The position numbers and the translations under genes are program-made. 41,655 nucleotides of DNA. Origin: a virus. The stretch covers positions 1 to 41,655 of IMG/VR virus record IMGVR_UViG_3300049186_000017. One strand, 5' to 3'. Shown here piece after piece: positions 1 through 6,610 of this stretch. Position 1 is the first letter of the stretch. The number at the start of each line of letters is the position of its first letter. The notes under the pieces were generated by a model that saw nothing but the letters and a program-made list of their open reading frames with translations, was not told the DNA's origin and made no database searches.

Positions 1-127
1 CGACATAGCGCGCGCGTTGATCAAGCGATGCGAAGGGAGGTGATGAGATGAACCACGTCCGTGGCTTCCACGGCCACATGCGCCCGCCGCGGCGCGACAC
101 CCGCAAGAGCGGCACGCATCCGGTCGA
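1..127. repeat. 127-bp exact terminal overlap, copy 1 (identical to 41529..41655); circular-contig signature, unique genome length 41528 bp
   Basis: Compared base by base: 1..127 equals 41529..41655. Genes continue cleanly across the junction (41314..41571 ends at window position 43; the ORF at 48..185 restarts at 41577). Confidence 0.9.
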
Positions 128-185
128 TTGGATCTTGCTCGTCTGGCTCGGCTCGACCGCGGTGCTGCTGTGGTGCATCCGATGA
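48..185 (+). CDS. small hypothetical protein, 45 aa, hydrophobic C-terminal helix (WILLVWLGSTAVLLWCI)
   Basis: Below the track's 60-aa cutoff; translated by hand. ATG 48 lies 7 nt after GGAGG (36..40). Stop TGA 183..185 overlaps the next ATG (ATGA). A partial second copy is at 41577..41655. Confidence 0.4.
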   Translation: MNHVRGFHGHMRPPRRDTRKSGTHPVDWILLVWLGSTAVLLWCIR

Positions 186-418
186 TTGCGCGCGTCACCC
201 TGCCCTCCGGCCGCACCGTGATCGACACCGGCAAGCTGTACATCGGGATCGCGGCCGACGAGTACCGCCCGCCCGAGCAAGGCGAGCACGCGCGCATCTT
301 TCAGAGGTTGCTCACGACGCCGCTGCCGCCGCGCGAGTGGCATCCGACGCCGCCCGTCATCGACCTCAAACCGTCGCTGCGCAAGCGCGTGGCGCAGTTG
401 CTGCGGAGCTTTCGATGA
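182..418 (+). CDS. hypothetical early protein (78 aa)
   Basis: Frame of track ORF 128..418. ATG 182 forms an ATGA overlap with the upstream stop, and its own stop overlaps ATG 415 (ATGA). An alternative TTG start is at 128. Confidence 0.55.
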   Translation: MIARVTLPSGRTVIDTGKLYIGIAADEYRPPEQGEHARIFQRLLTTPLPPREWHPTPPVIDLKPSLRKRVAQLLRSFR

Positions 419-1245
419 GCGCCGTCCTCGATCAAGCGCCGGCATGCATCGTTCGCGACATGCCGGCCGAGCGCTACCACGCCGCCGCCGGCGTTTCCAA
501 CTCGATGCTGTCGGCACTCCGCCGCTCGCCGCGTCACTGCTGGTCGCTGTACCTCGACCCCGAGCGCCCGCCGGCTGCCGCGTCCACCGCCGCGCAACTG
601 TTCGGCACCCTGGCGCATTCGTTCGTGCTGGAGCCCGACAAGGCCCACCGCTACGTGTGCAAGCCCGAGGGGCACGACGGCCGCACGAAAGACGGCAAAG
701 CGTGGCTTGCTGCCAATGCCGGATCGATCTGTGTCGGCGCTGACGACTGGCAGGCCGCTACCGAAGCACGCCGCGCCGTGCTGGCGGTACCCGAGCTGCG
801 CCATGCCCTGAGCAGCGGCGCACCGGAGGTGTCCGTTTTCTGGACCGACGAGCGCACCGGGCTGCAGTGCCGCGCGCGCATCGACTGGCTGCACACCTTG
901 CCCGACGGGCGCGCCATCGTGCTCGACCTCAAGACATGCCCCGACGCCGGGCCCCTGGAGTTCGGCCGCTCGGTGTGGGCGTATGGCTACCATCGCCAGG
1001 CCGCGCACTACACGCACGGGCTGCAGGCCAACGGCATCGAGGTCGCCGCGTTCCTGTTCGCCGCCGTGAGCAACGCGCACCCGTTCATCGCGGTGCCGTA
1101 CCTGCTCGACGACGACGCCACGCGCCGCGGCGCTGACGAAGTGCGCGAACTGCTCGACCTCTACAACGAGTGCCAGCGCACGAACACATGGCCCGCCTAC
1201 GGCGACGGCGTGCAAGTGCTTTCCCTGCCCGCTTGGGCAAAGTGA
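415..1245 (+). CDS. PD-(D/E)XK family exonuclease (RecE/Cas4-like, DUF3799-type), partner of RecT
   Basis: C-terminal 277 aa of track ORF 61..1245. Motifs RIDWL...VLDLKT (D...D-x-K) and QAAHY (QxxxY). Sits directly upstream of recT. The 118-aa Arg/Ala-rich N-terminal extension looks non-coding. Confidence 0.85.
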   Translation: MSAVLDQAPACIVRDMPAERYHAAAGVSNSMLSALRRSPRHCWSLYLDPERPPAAASTAAQLFGTLAHSFVLEPDKAHRYVCKPEGHDGRTKDGKAWLAANAGSICVGADDWQAATEARRAVLAVPELRHALSSGAPEVSVFWTDERTGLQCRARIDWLHTLPDGRAIVLDLKTCPDAGPLEFGRSVWAYGYHRQAAHYTHGLQANGIEVAAFLFAAVSNAHPFIAVPYLLDDDATRRGADEVRELLDLYNECQRTNTWPAYGDGVQVLSLPAWAK

Positions 1246-1270
1246 TCACCCCCCGAAAGGAACCTGACCA

Positions 1271-2104
1271 ATGACCACCGACGTGCTAGACCAACCCGCT
1301 GCCGAGACCGGCACTGACCTCTTGGTGCACGGCACACCGCGCGACACGGCCGTGATGCCCGGCTTCAACTCGCAGCAGTCCTGGGAGCTGGCGCAGCGCA
1401 TCGGCAAGGCATTCGCCGCGTCGACGCTGGTGCCCGAACAGTACCGCGGCAACCTGGCGAACTGCATCGTCGCGCTCGAGATGGCCAACCGCATGGGCGC
1501 GTCGCCGCTCATGGTGATGCAGAACCTCTACATCGTGCACGGCAATCCGGGCTGGTCGTCGAAGTTCCTGATTGCCAGCTTCAACCAGTGCGGCCGGTTC
1601 TCGGCGCTGCGCTACGAGTGGACGAAAGACCGCACCGGCTGCCGCGCGTGGGCGATCGAGAAAGCCACCGGCGAGCGCATCGAGGGCCCGCAGGTCACGC
1701 TGGCGATGGCCAAGGATGAAGGCTGGTCGACGAAGAATGGCAGCAAGTGGAAGACGATGCCCGAGCTGATGCTGATGTACCGCTCGGCCGCGTTCCTGAT
1801 CCGCACCTACGCGCCCGAGATCAGCATGGGCCTACGCACCGACGACGAGATCATCGACATGGGGCCGGCCGATGTCGTGACGACACCGCGCCAGGCGAAG
1901 GCCGCGGAAATCGGTGCGCTGCTCACGGGCAAGCCCACCGGCCTGGCGCACTGGCGCGAGCGCATCGAGAACGCGGTCGACATGGACGGCGCGCTCGTCG
2001 AGCTCGACGCTGCGCGCGATTACCTCAACGCTGCGGAACAGGCCGAGCTGCGCACCTTCTACGCCGAGCGCTGGGAAGCTGCCGCCAACCCGTCGACGAA
2101 CTGA
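1271..2104 (+). CDS. recT: RecT-family single-strand annealing recombinase
   Basis: 277 aa with typical RecT core (LVPEQYRGNLANCIVALEMANRMGASPLMVMQNLYIVHGNPGWSS...KWKTMPELMLMYRSAAFLIRTYAPE). AAGGAA RBS upstream. Confidence 0.93.
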   Translation: MTTDVLDQPAAETGTDLLVHGTPRDTAVMPGFNSQQSWELAQRIGKAFAASTLVPEQYRGNLANCIVALEMANRMGASPLMVMQNLYIVHGNPGWSSKFLIASFNQCGRFSALRYEWTKDRTGCRAWAIEKATGERIEGPQVTLAMAKDEGWSTKNGSKWKTMPELMLMYRSAAFLIRTYAPEISMGLRTDDEIIDMGPADVVTTPRQAKAAEIGALLTGKPTGLAHWRERIENAVDMDGALVELDAARDYLNAAEQAELRTFYAERWEAAANPSTN

Positions 2105-2129
2105 TTTCAACGGGCGCGCGTCAGCGGGG

Positions 2130-2203
2130 TCTCCTCCTCCTCCCTCCCTCCCCAACTTCCCGCTTTCCGGCCACACGGCCCGCCCTCTTTCTTTCACACC
2201 ACA
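2130..2203 (+). promoter_or_regulatory. C-rich, G-poor polypyrimidine tract in the recT-downstream gap (rut-like / possible Rho-dependent attenuator)
   Basis: tctcctcctcctccctccctccccaacttcccgctttccgg... is about five-sixths pyrimidine with very few G, in a genome that is otherwise G-rich on both strands. It sits in one of the few large gaps (112 nt) of this operon. Confidence 0.3.
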
Positions 2204-2216
2204 TCGGAAAGCCGCG

Positions 2217-2399
2217 ATGACATTCGAGATCGAGACCCAAGATCGCGCACCCGATGAGGGGCTACCACCGTTGCGCTGGTGTCCGTACTGTGGTTTCACG
2301 ATGGTCAAGTTGCACAAGAGTGTCCCGCGTTGCATGCGATGCCGAGCCGTGTTCTTCGTTCAGTTCAGTCGCTACATGCGTGCAGCGAGAAAACCATGA
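2217..2399 (+). CDS. small Zn-ribbon-like protein (60 aa; CPYC...CMRC)
   Basis: Distal part of track ORF 1914..2399. ATG 2217 follows GGAAAG. Two CxxC pairs. Confidence 0.6.
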   Translation: MTFEIETQDRAPDEGLPPLRWCPYCGFTMVKLHKSVPRCMRCRAVFFVQFSRYMRAARKP

Positions 2400-2473
2400 G
2401 CGCCAGGGCTTGGTTCAGGCGGCTGGTGGTCGCGATCTTCGATGCACTCGCGTGCGCCAGGAGATGGAGATGA
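2396..2473 (+). CDS. 25-codon bridging micro-ORF (MSARAWFRRLVVAIFDALACARRWR)
   Basis: ATG 2396 overlaps the upstream stop (ATGA), and its own TGA 2471..2473 overlaps ATG 2470 of the next gene (ATGA). It may exist only for translational coupling. Confidence 0.3.
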   Translation: MSARAWFRRLVVAIFDALACARRWR

Positions 2474-2781
2474 ACGACGACGACTTGTCCCCAATCGCAC
2501 AGCAGTGGTTTGAGCAATGCGAACACTTGTCCGCGCAATTGGCCGAATGGCGCGAACGTGCAGAGCGGGCCGAGCAGGACCAGAAGCGGGCAGAACGCTT
2601 GCTTCGCGAAGCCTACGAGCTGGAGTGCTTGCGTATCAGCGTGCGGCTGCGAGTCGATGGCCATGAAAAGGTCGTCGTTCAATTCGCCCAAAGGCACAAC
2701 GTCTGGCTTGACGAGGTTACGAAGGCGCTTACCGCAGCAGACGAAATAGCCAACGCAGCTAGCGCACAGGAGGCAGCATGA
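2470..2781 (+). CDS. hypothetical coiled-coil protein (103 aa)
   Basis: Distal part of track ORF 2254..2781. AGGAG at 2459..2463 is 6 nt upstream of ATG 2470 (ATG 2464 is too close to the RBS). Confidence 0.6.
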   Translation: MNDDDLSPIAQQWFEQCEHLSAQLAEWRERAERAEQDQKRAERLLREAYELECLRISVRLRVDGHEKVVVQFAQRHNVWLDEVTKALTAADEIANAASAQEAA

Positions 2782-2999
2782 CCGAGAAACACACACCGAT
2801 CGAGTCCAGGCTTGACGATGCCGGCAAGCCGATTTGTGTGATGTGCGACAAGCGCCTCAAGGCAGCAGCACGCTCGCTTTGGTGGAATTACGGACCAGCC
2901 GTCCAGAACTATGGGTGGCAGGGCAACAACGTGTTTTGCAGTCAGAAGTGCGCCGCCCAGTGGGGCATCATCAAGGCAGCGCACGGACTAGACCCATGA
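2778..2999 (+). CDS. small Cys-rich (Zn-binding-like) protein, 73 aa
   Basis: Track ORF. ATGA overlaps at both ends. CVMC...CSQKC motif. Confidence 0.65.
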   Translation: MTEKHTPIESRLDDAGKPICVMCDKRLKAAARSLWWNYGPAVQNYGWQGNNVFCSQKCAAQWGIIKAAHGLDP

Positions 3000-3454
3000 C
3001 CGAATCCAACACCGGGAGGGCAACCGTGGATAAGGTACGCGAGGCGCTGGCCGAGCTGGTTCGGCTAAAGGACCTGATTGACTCGATTCCTGACACTTGG
3101 CAAGTCAGCGAGATTGATCGGCACGAAACACACGGCCCCCGTTACCGTGAATACGTCCGCCGCAAGCCTCTTGCTTGGGCCGCTGCTCGCGCCCTCCTGG
3201 CAGCACCCGCAGAACCTGTGGCGCCCTTGCGCGTGCTTCAAGTGGCCTATGCCGCTCTGTGCGAGGAACAGGCCGCGTACCCCGACGAACTGGCACACGT
3301 CGAGCAAGCCATCAAGGAATTGCAGCCGTATGTCGGCAAGGTCGATCCAATGAAGGTTTGGGCCAAGGTAGAAGCGCCGCCTCCCGACTCTTTGGATTCG
3401 ACCGAGCGCGCTGGCGAGGAGCCGCAGACGCCACTTCAGGAGACCGAGCGTTGA
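2996..3454 (+). CDS. hypothetical early protein (152 aa)
   Basis: Distal part of track ORF 2834..3454. ATG 2996 overlaps the preceding stop (ATGA). Confidence 0.65.
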   Translation: MTESNTGRATVDKVREALAELVRLKDLIDSIPDTWQVSEIDRHETHGPRYREYVRRKPLAWAAARALLAAPAEPVAPLRVLQVAYAALCEEQAAYPDELAHVEQAIKELQPYVGKVDPMKVWAKVEAPPPDSLDSTERAGEEPQTPLQETER

Positions 3455-3972
3455 AGCTGGCATACGCTGATCCGCCATACATCGGATGCGCACACCTCTA
3501 CCCGGAGAAGACCGAGGTGGATCACATTGCGCTGGTTGATCGCCTGGAGTCTGAATTCGATGGCTGGGTGCTGCACGCTTCCGCCACAGCTGAAAGCATG
3601 GCCGTTCTTGCTCCGTTGGCCCTCAAGACTGGCGCACGTTGGATGACATGGGTTAAGGGCTTCGCTGCTTTCAAGAAGAACGTCAGCGTCGCCTACGCAT
3701 GGGAACCAGTGCTTGTGAAGGCAGCACGCAAGCCGGTCGTTTCAAAGCGACTGGTGATGCGCGATTGGGTGCTGGAGTCGATCACGCTCAAGCGTGGCCT
3801 GACCGGCGCGAAGCCTGAGGCCGTATGTCACTGGGCATTTGAGGTAATCGGCGCCAGACCCGACGATGAACTGCATGACCTATTCCCAGGCACGGGAGCA
3901 GTCTCGCGCGCATGGAAGACTTGGCGAGGAAAGTTCACACTGCCTGCCGAGCCGGAGTTGGCATGCCTGTAG
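3451..3972 (+). CDS. orphan DNA methyltransferase, beta-class order (N-terminal DPPY motif IV, C-terminal FPGTG motif I); N6-adenine or N4-cytosine
   Basis: TTG 3451 overlaps the upstream TGA (TTGA) and gives MKLAYADPPYIG... The C-terminus has DLFPGTGAV. No restriction endonuclease partner is nearby. Confidence 0.78.
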   Translation: MKLAYADPPYIGCAHLYPEKTEVDHIALVDRLESEFDGWVLHASATAESMAVLAPLALKTGARWMTWVKGFAAFKKNVSVAYAWEPVLVKAARKPVVSKRLVMRDWVLESITLKRGLTGAKPEAVCHWAFEVIGARPDDELHDLFPGTGAVSRAWKTWRGKFTLPAEPELACL

Positions 3973-4175
3973 CACCGCGATGCGCCCAATGCTTCGATCG
4001 TGGATGGTTGATCGTCGCCGGCCGATCTGAGGCATGCGACTGGCACACAGGCGGATGTCGGATGGACAGCGAGCGCAAGTCAGAAGCAGCGGTCCAGAAC
4101 GCATCCGAAGCGCTCCGCGCAAATTCCCAAAACCAGCAGACCCAACAGGCGATCAAAGGGGAGAGCAATGGGTAG
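3963..4175 (+). CDS. small Cys-rich hypothetical protein (70 aa)
   Basis: Frame of track ORF 3912..4175. ATG 3963 lies 10 nt before the methyltransferase stop. CAQC...CDWHTGGC. Confidence 0.5.
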   Translation: MPVAPRCAQCFDRGWLIVAGRSEACDWHTGGCRMDSERKSEAAVQNASEALRANSQNQQTQQAIKGESNG

Positions 4176-4395
4176 CATCATCGGCGCGATTCACGACGAC
4201 ATCGAGGAATACAAAGAACTCTGTGCTCGCTATAACGAGACAGTCCGCCTAAAACCAACCGCGCAAGGCATAGGCCTGCCGGACTGTTATGGGCCGCACG
4301 CATCGCTGCTAAAAGCGAGACTTCGCGAGGACTGGGCAAAGGCGGTTGCTGACACGGATCCCTATCCGAAGCGCAAGAAAGCAGGAACCCCATGA
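4168..4395 (+). CDS. hypothetical protein (75 aa)
   Basis: Track ORF with an 8-nt overlap upstream and an ATGA overlap downstream. Confidence 0.6.
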   Translation: MGSIIGAIHDDIEEYKELCARYNETVRLKPTAQGIGLPDCYGPHASLLKARLREDWAKAVADTDPYPKRKKAGTP

Positions 4396-4772
4396 CCCCA
4401 GCCGATAAGGCCAAGCAGTTGGCCGAGTGCGCTCGCGGTGAACTTGTTGTGGCGCTGCATACGCTGGCGAGCCACTTCGAGAACTCCCTCTATGCGTTCC
4501 GCGACGATGCGGAGGCGCGGAAGAAGGCCGAAGGTGACATCGCGCATGCAATGAAGATCGCGGCGAAGCACAACTACAACGGCCCCGGTTGCGCACAGGT
4601 AGAAGCGCCGGCCGAGCCTGTGGCGTGGGCGATCCGAAGCAAGAGCGCCAACTTCCTCGGCCTGTATGCCAACGAAGGCCACGCGCGCACGATGTTTGAG
4701 GCGAAGACCCTGCCGCCAGACGCCGAGCTGCTGCCGCTCTATGCCGCCCTACCGGCCGCGCCTGAGTCCTGA
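4392..4772 (+). CDS. hypothetical protein (126 aa)
   Basis: Track ORF with an ATGA overlap to the preceding gene. Confidence 0.65.
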   Translation: MTPADKAKQLAECARGELVVALHTLASHFENSLYAFRDDAEARKKAEGDIAHAMKIAAKHNYNGPGCAQVEAPAEPVAWAIRSKSANFLGLYANEGHARTMFEAKTLPPDAELLPLYAALPAAPES

Positions 4773-4775
4773 TCC

Positions 4776-4982
4776 ATGAGCAACGACATGCAGCCATTCG
4801 ATCAGTCGATGTACGACCTGCAGCTCGACATCAGCAAGCGATGGGCAGCCGAGGTGCATCGGCTTCGATCGGAGAACGCCGCGCTTCGCAAGACCATCGA
4901 CAACTTCCCGAGCGACATGTCGACGCTGCAGGACCGCGTCTCGATGCTGGAAGCGATGCTGCAACGCTCCCCGCCGAACTGA
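4776..4982 (+). CDS. hypothetical coiled-coil protein (68 aa)
   Basis: Track ORF. Heptad-like sequence (RLRSENAALRKTIDNF...LQDRVSMLEAMLQ). Confidence 0.6.
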   Translation: MSNDMQPFDQSMYDLQLDISKRWAAEVHRLRSENAALRKTIDNFPSDMSTLQDRVSMLEAMLQRSPPN

Positions 4983-4992
4983 TGGGGGCCGG

Positions 4993-5394
4993 GTGCTGAC
5001 AGACCGCATCAACGCCAAAGCCGCGGCGGCCATCCTCGGCCTGAGCGTGCGCGCCGTGTACGCGCTGGGCGAGGCTGGCGAGCTGACGGTCTACCGCCCG
5101 AGCCTGGGCCGGCGTACGGTACGCTTCGACCGTGCGGAGGTGGAGGCGCGCGCATGTCGATCTACCGCGACAAGAAAACCGGACGCTGGCGGTTCGAGTT
5201 CGACCACTACATCGAAGGCGAGCGCGTTCGCCGGCGTCAGCTTCTCCCAGCCGGGTTCTCCCGATCCGAAGCCGAAGCGTTCGACCGCAAAGAAAGCGCG
5301 GCCCTATGGTCGATCGCGCACGGACTCACCGCGCCTCGGCGCCTCGTTGACGAAGCTGTCGCTTGTTACCTCCGAGAGCGGGCCCCGCAACTGA
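4993..5394 (+). CDS. xis: excisionase-like / MerR-type HTH protein, with a C-terminal tail read out of frame across the integrase start
   Basis: GTG start. The N-terminal ~55 aa (AAAILGLSVRAVYALGEAGELTVYRPSLGRRTVRFDRAEVEA) match the excisionase-family HTH pattern. The ORF has no stop until 5394, 241 nt into int. Confidence 0.6.
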   Translation: MLTDRINAKAAAAILGLSVRAVYALGEAGELTVYRPSLGRRTVRFDRAEVEARACRSTATRKPDAGGSSSTTTSKASAFAGVSFSQPGSPDPKPKRSTAKKARPYGRSRTDSPRLGASLTKLSLVTSESGPRN

Positions 5395-6137
5395 AGCACG
5401 GCGCCAACGTGGCGCGCGAGCTGGAGAACTTCCGCGAATGGTGGACCGGCAGAGCCATCGACGACCTGCCCAGCATCTGCACCGACTACGCGACCGATCA
5501 GCACGGTGCGCTGAAGCCGGCGACGATCCGCAACCGCATCGCCTACCTTCGCGCAGCCTGTCGGTGGGCCTGGAAGCGCCACGCGATGGCCGACAGCGAC
5601 CCGGCGGCCCGGGTGGTGGTGCCGACGGTGCGCAACGCCCGCGAGGTGATCGTGAGCCGCGCCGAAATGCTCGGCCTGGCCAGCCTGTGCGGCCACAGGG
5701 GCGTGCGCGCCACGATCCGGTGCCTGTGGTACTCCGGGCTGCGGCTGGGCGAGCTGCGGGCCGCTGCGCGCGCGCCAGGCCTGTTCGTGCTGCAGGACAC
5801 GAAGAACAGCGCCCCGCGCATCGTGCCCATTCACCCGCGCATCAGGGCCGCCGCGCTCGTGCCGGTGCCGCCGCACGGCACGCTGCACTACTGGTGGCGG
5901 CTGGCGCGTCAGCTGATGGGGCTCGAACACGTCACCCTGCACGACCTGCGCCACAGCGCCGCCAGCGAGATGATCGCCACCGGTGCCAGCCTGGGCGACG
6001 TCGGCGCGGTGCTGGGGCACAAATCACCGGCGTCGACCAAGCGATACGCCCACTGGCAGACCGATCGGCTCGCCGAAGTCGTCGGCCGGATGGGTCGGAA
6101 GTCCCCCACCACCCTCAACCACCCGAAGGCGGCATGA
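5154..6137 (+). CDS. int: tyrosine recombinase / phage integrase
   Basis: 327 aa. Arm-binding-type N-terminus (YRDKKTGRWRFEF). The C-terminal catalytic region has HDLRHSAAS...LGHKSPASTKRYAH. Confidence 0.95.
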   Translation: MSIYRDKKTGRWRFEFDHYIEGERVRRRQLLPAGFSRSEAEAFDRKESAALWSIAHGLTAPRRLVDEAVACYLRERAPQLKHGANVARELENFREWWTGRAIDDLPSICTDYATDQHGALKPATIRNRIAYLRAACRWAWKRHAMADSDPAARVVVPTVRNAREVIVSRAEMLGLASLCGHRGVRATIRCLWYSGLRLGELRAAARAPGLFVLQDTKNSAPRIVPIHPRIRAAALVPVPPHGTLHYWWRLARQLMGLEHVTLHDLRHSAASEMIATGASLGDVGAVLGHKSPASTKRYAHWQTDRLAEVVGRMGRKSPTTLNHPKAA

Positions 6138-6152
6138 ACCCAATTTCTCCTA

Positions 6153-6199
6153 TGGAGGCGCGAGCCGGAGTCGAACCGGCCTCAACGGATTTGCAATCC
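6153..6199 (-). other. attP core: 3' 47 nt of a tRNA-Cys(GCA) gene (anticodon loop to CCA end); not a complete tRNA
   Basis: The minus strand reads GGATTGCAAATCCGTTGAGGCCGGTTCGACTCCGGCTCGCGCCTCCA. This gives a TTGCAAA anticodon loop, a GCCGG/CCGGC T-stem with TTCGACT loop, and acceptor 3' strand plus TCCA. It closely resembles E. coli tRNA-Cys. No matching 5' acceptor or D-arm lies upstream. It starts 16 nt after the int stop. Confidence 0.8.
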
Positions 6200-6327
6200 C
6201 GGCATGCGCAGCGTGCACAGGGCGCGCGCTCCACGTGGAACAGCGCGCATCCTGGGCATGATGCGCCGCAACCGCACCGCGTTCGCCAAGATTTCCCCCA
6301 CCGACAAACCCGCTATCCTGAGGCCCC

Positions 6328-6423
6328 ATGGACCTGCTCTACGCCCTTGTCGCTGCCGGCCTGATCGTCTGGGTCTTCTGGCCCCGCAAGGACGTCGACG
6401 ACGAAGACCCGCGGATCTGGTGA
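6328..6423 (+). CDS. possible 31-aa single-TMD peptide (MDLLYALVAAGLIVWVFWPRKDVDDEDPRIW)
   Basis: Hand-translated. GAGG lies 4 nt upstream of the ATG. It is convergent with the last late gene (1-nt gap between stops) and sits just inside attP, a typical moron location. Weak evidence. Confidence 0.3.
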   Translation: MDLLYALVAAGLIVWVFWPRKDVDDEDPRIW

Positions 6424-6424
6424 T

Positions 6425-6610
6425 TCAGGCCACGCGCCTGATCGGTTCCATGGCTCGGTCGAGCAAGTGCTTGGCCCTGGCGCACTGCGTTTCGATGGCA
6501 TCCCTCAAGGTGCCGATGGGCGTCTTCAGGTCTGGCGCATAGCGCGACCGCGGCTTTTCGGCGAGCATCTGCTGCTGCACCGCCTTGGTCGTCAGATGCG
6601 ACCTGGCCAT
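6425..6610 (-). CDS. hypothetical protein (61 aa), last gene of the late operon
   Basis: Distal part of track ORF 6425..6883. ATG 6610 shares 1 nt with the upstream TGA (TGATG). Confidence 0.5.
   Translation of the reverse strand: MARSHLTTKAVQQQMLAEKPRSRYAPDLKTPIGTLRDAIETQCARAKHLLDRAMEPIRRVA

Noticed and set aside
1-127. Biological direct terminal repeat (T7-style DTR)
   Set aside because: The repeat lies in the middle of coding sequence and interrupts two coupled ORFs. Its length equals a common assembler k-mer. It is far more likely a circular-contig overlap, though this cannot be proven without reads.
61-414. N-terminal 118-aa extension of the exonuclease ORF; likewise 11734..12021 for the tailspike, 38296..38766 for the HNH-like gene and 36234..36545 for ruvC
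   Set aside because: The extensions are Arg/Ala-rich, overlap better-supported upstream genes in other frames, and ignore internal starts that have RBS or 4-nt overlap syntax.
6153-6235. Possible complete tRNA-Cys gene on the minus strand
   Set aside because: Only the anticodon loop, variable region, T-arm and acceptor 3' strand are present. The 31 nt upstream (GCGCGCCCTGTGCACGCTGCGCATGCCGGGA) cannot pair with the TCGCGCC acceptor strand and lack a D-arm. It is interpreted as the attP core instead.
6204-6542. 112-aa plus-strand ORF and 6313..6501 minus-strand ORF next to attP
   Set aside because: Both are Arg/Pro-rich shadow frames across the attP arm and the short 31-aa ORF. Neither has RBS or coupling syntax.
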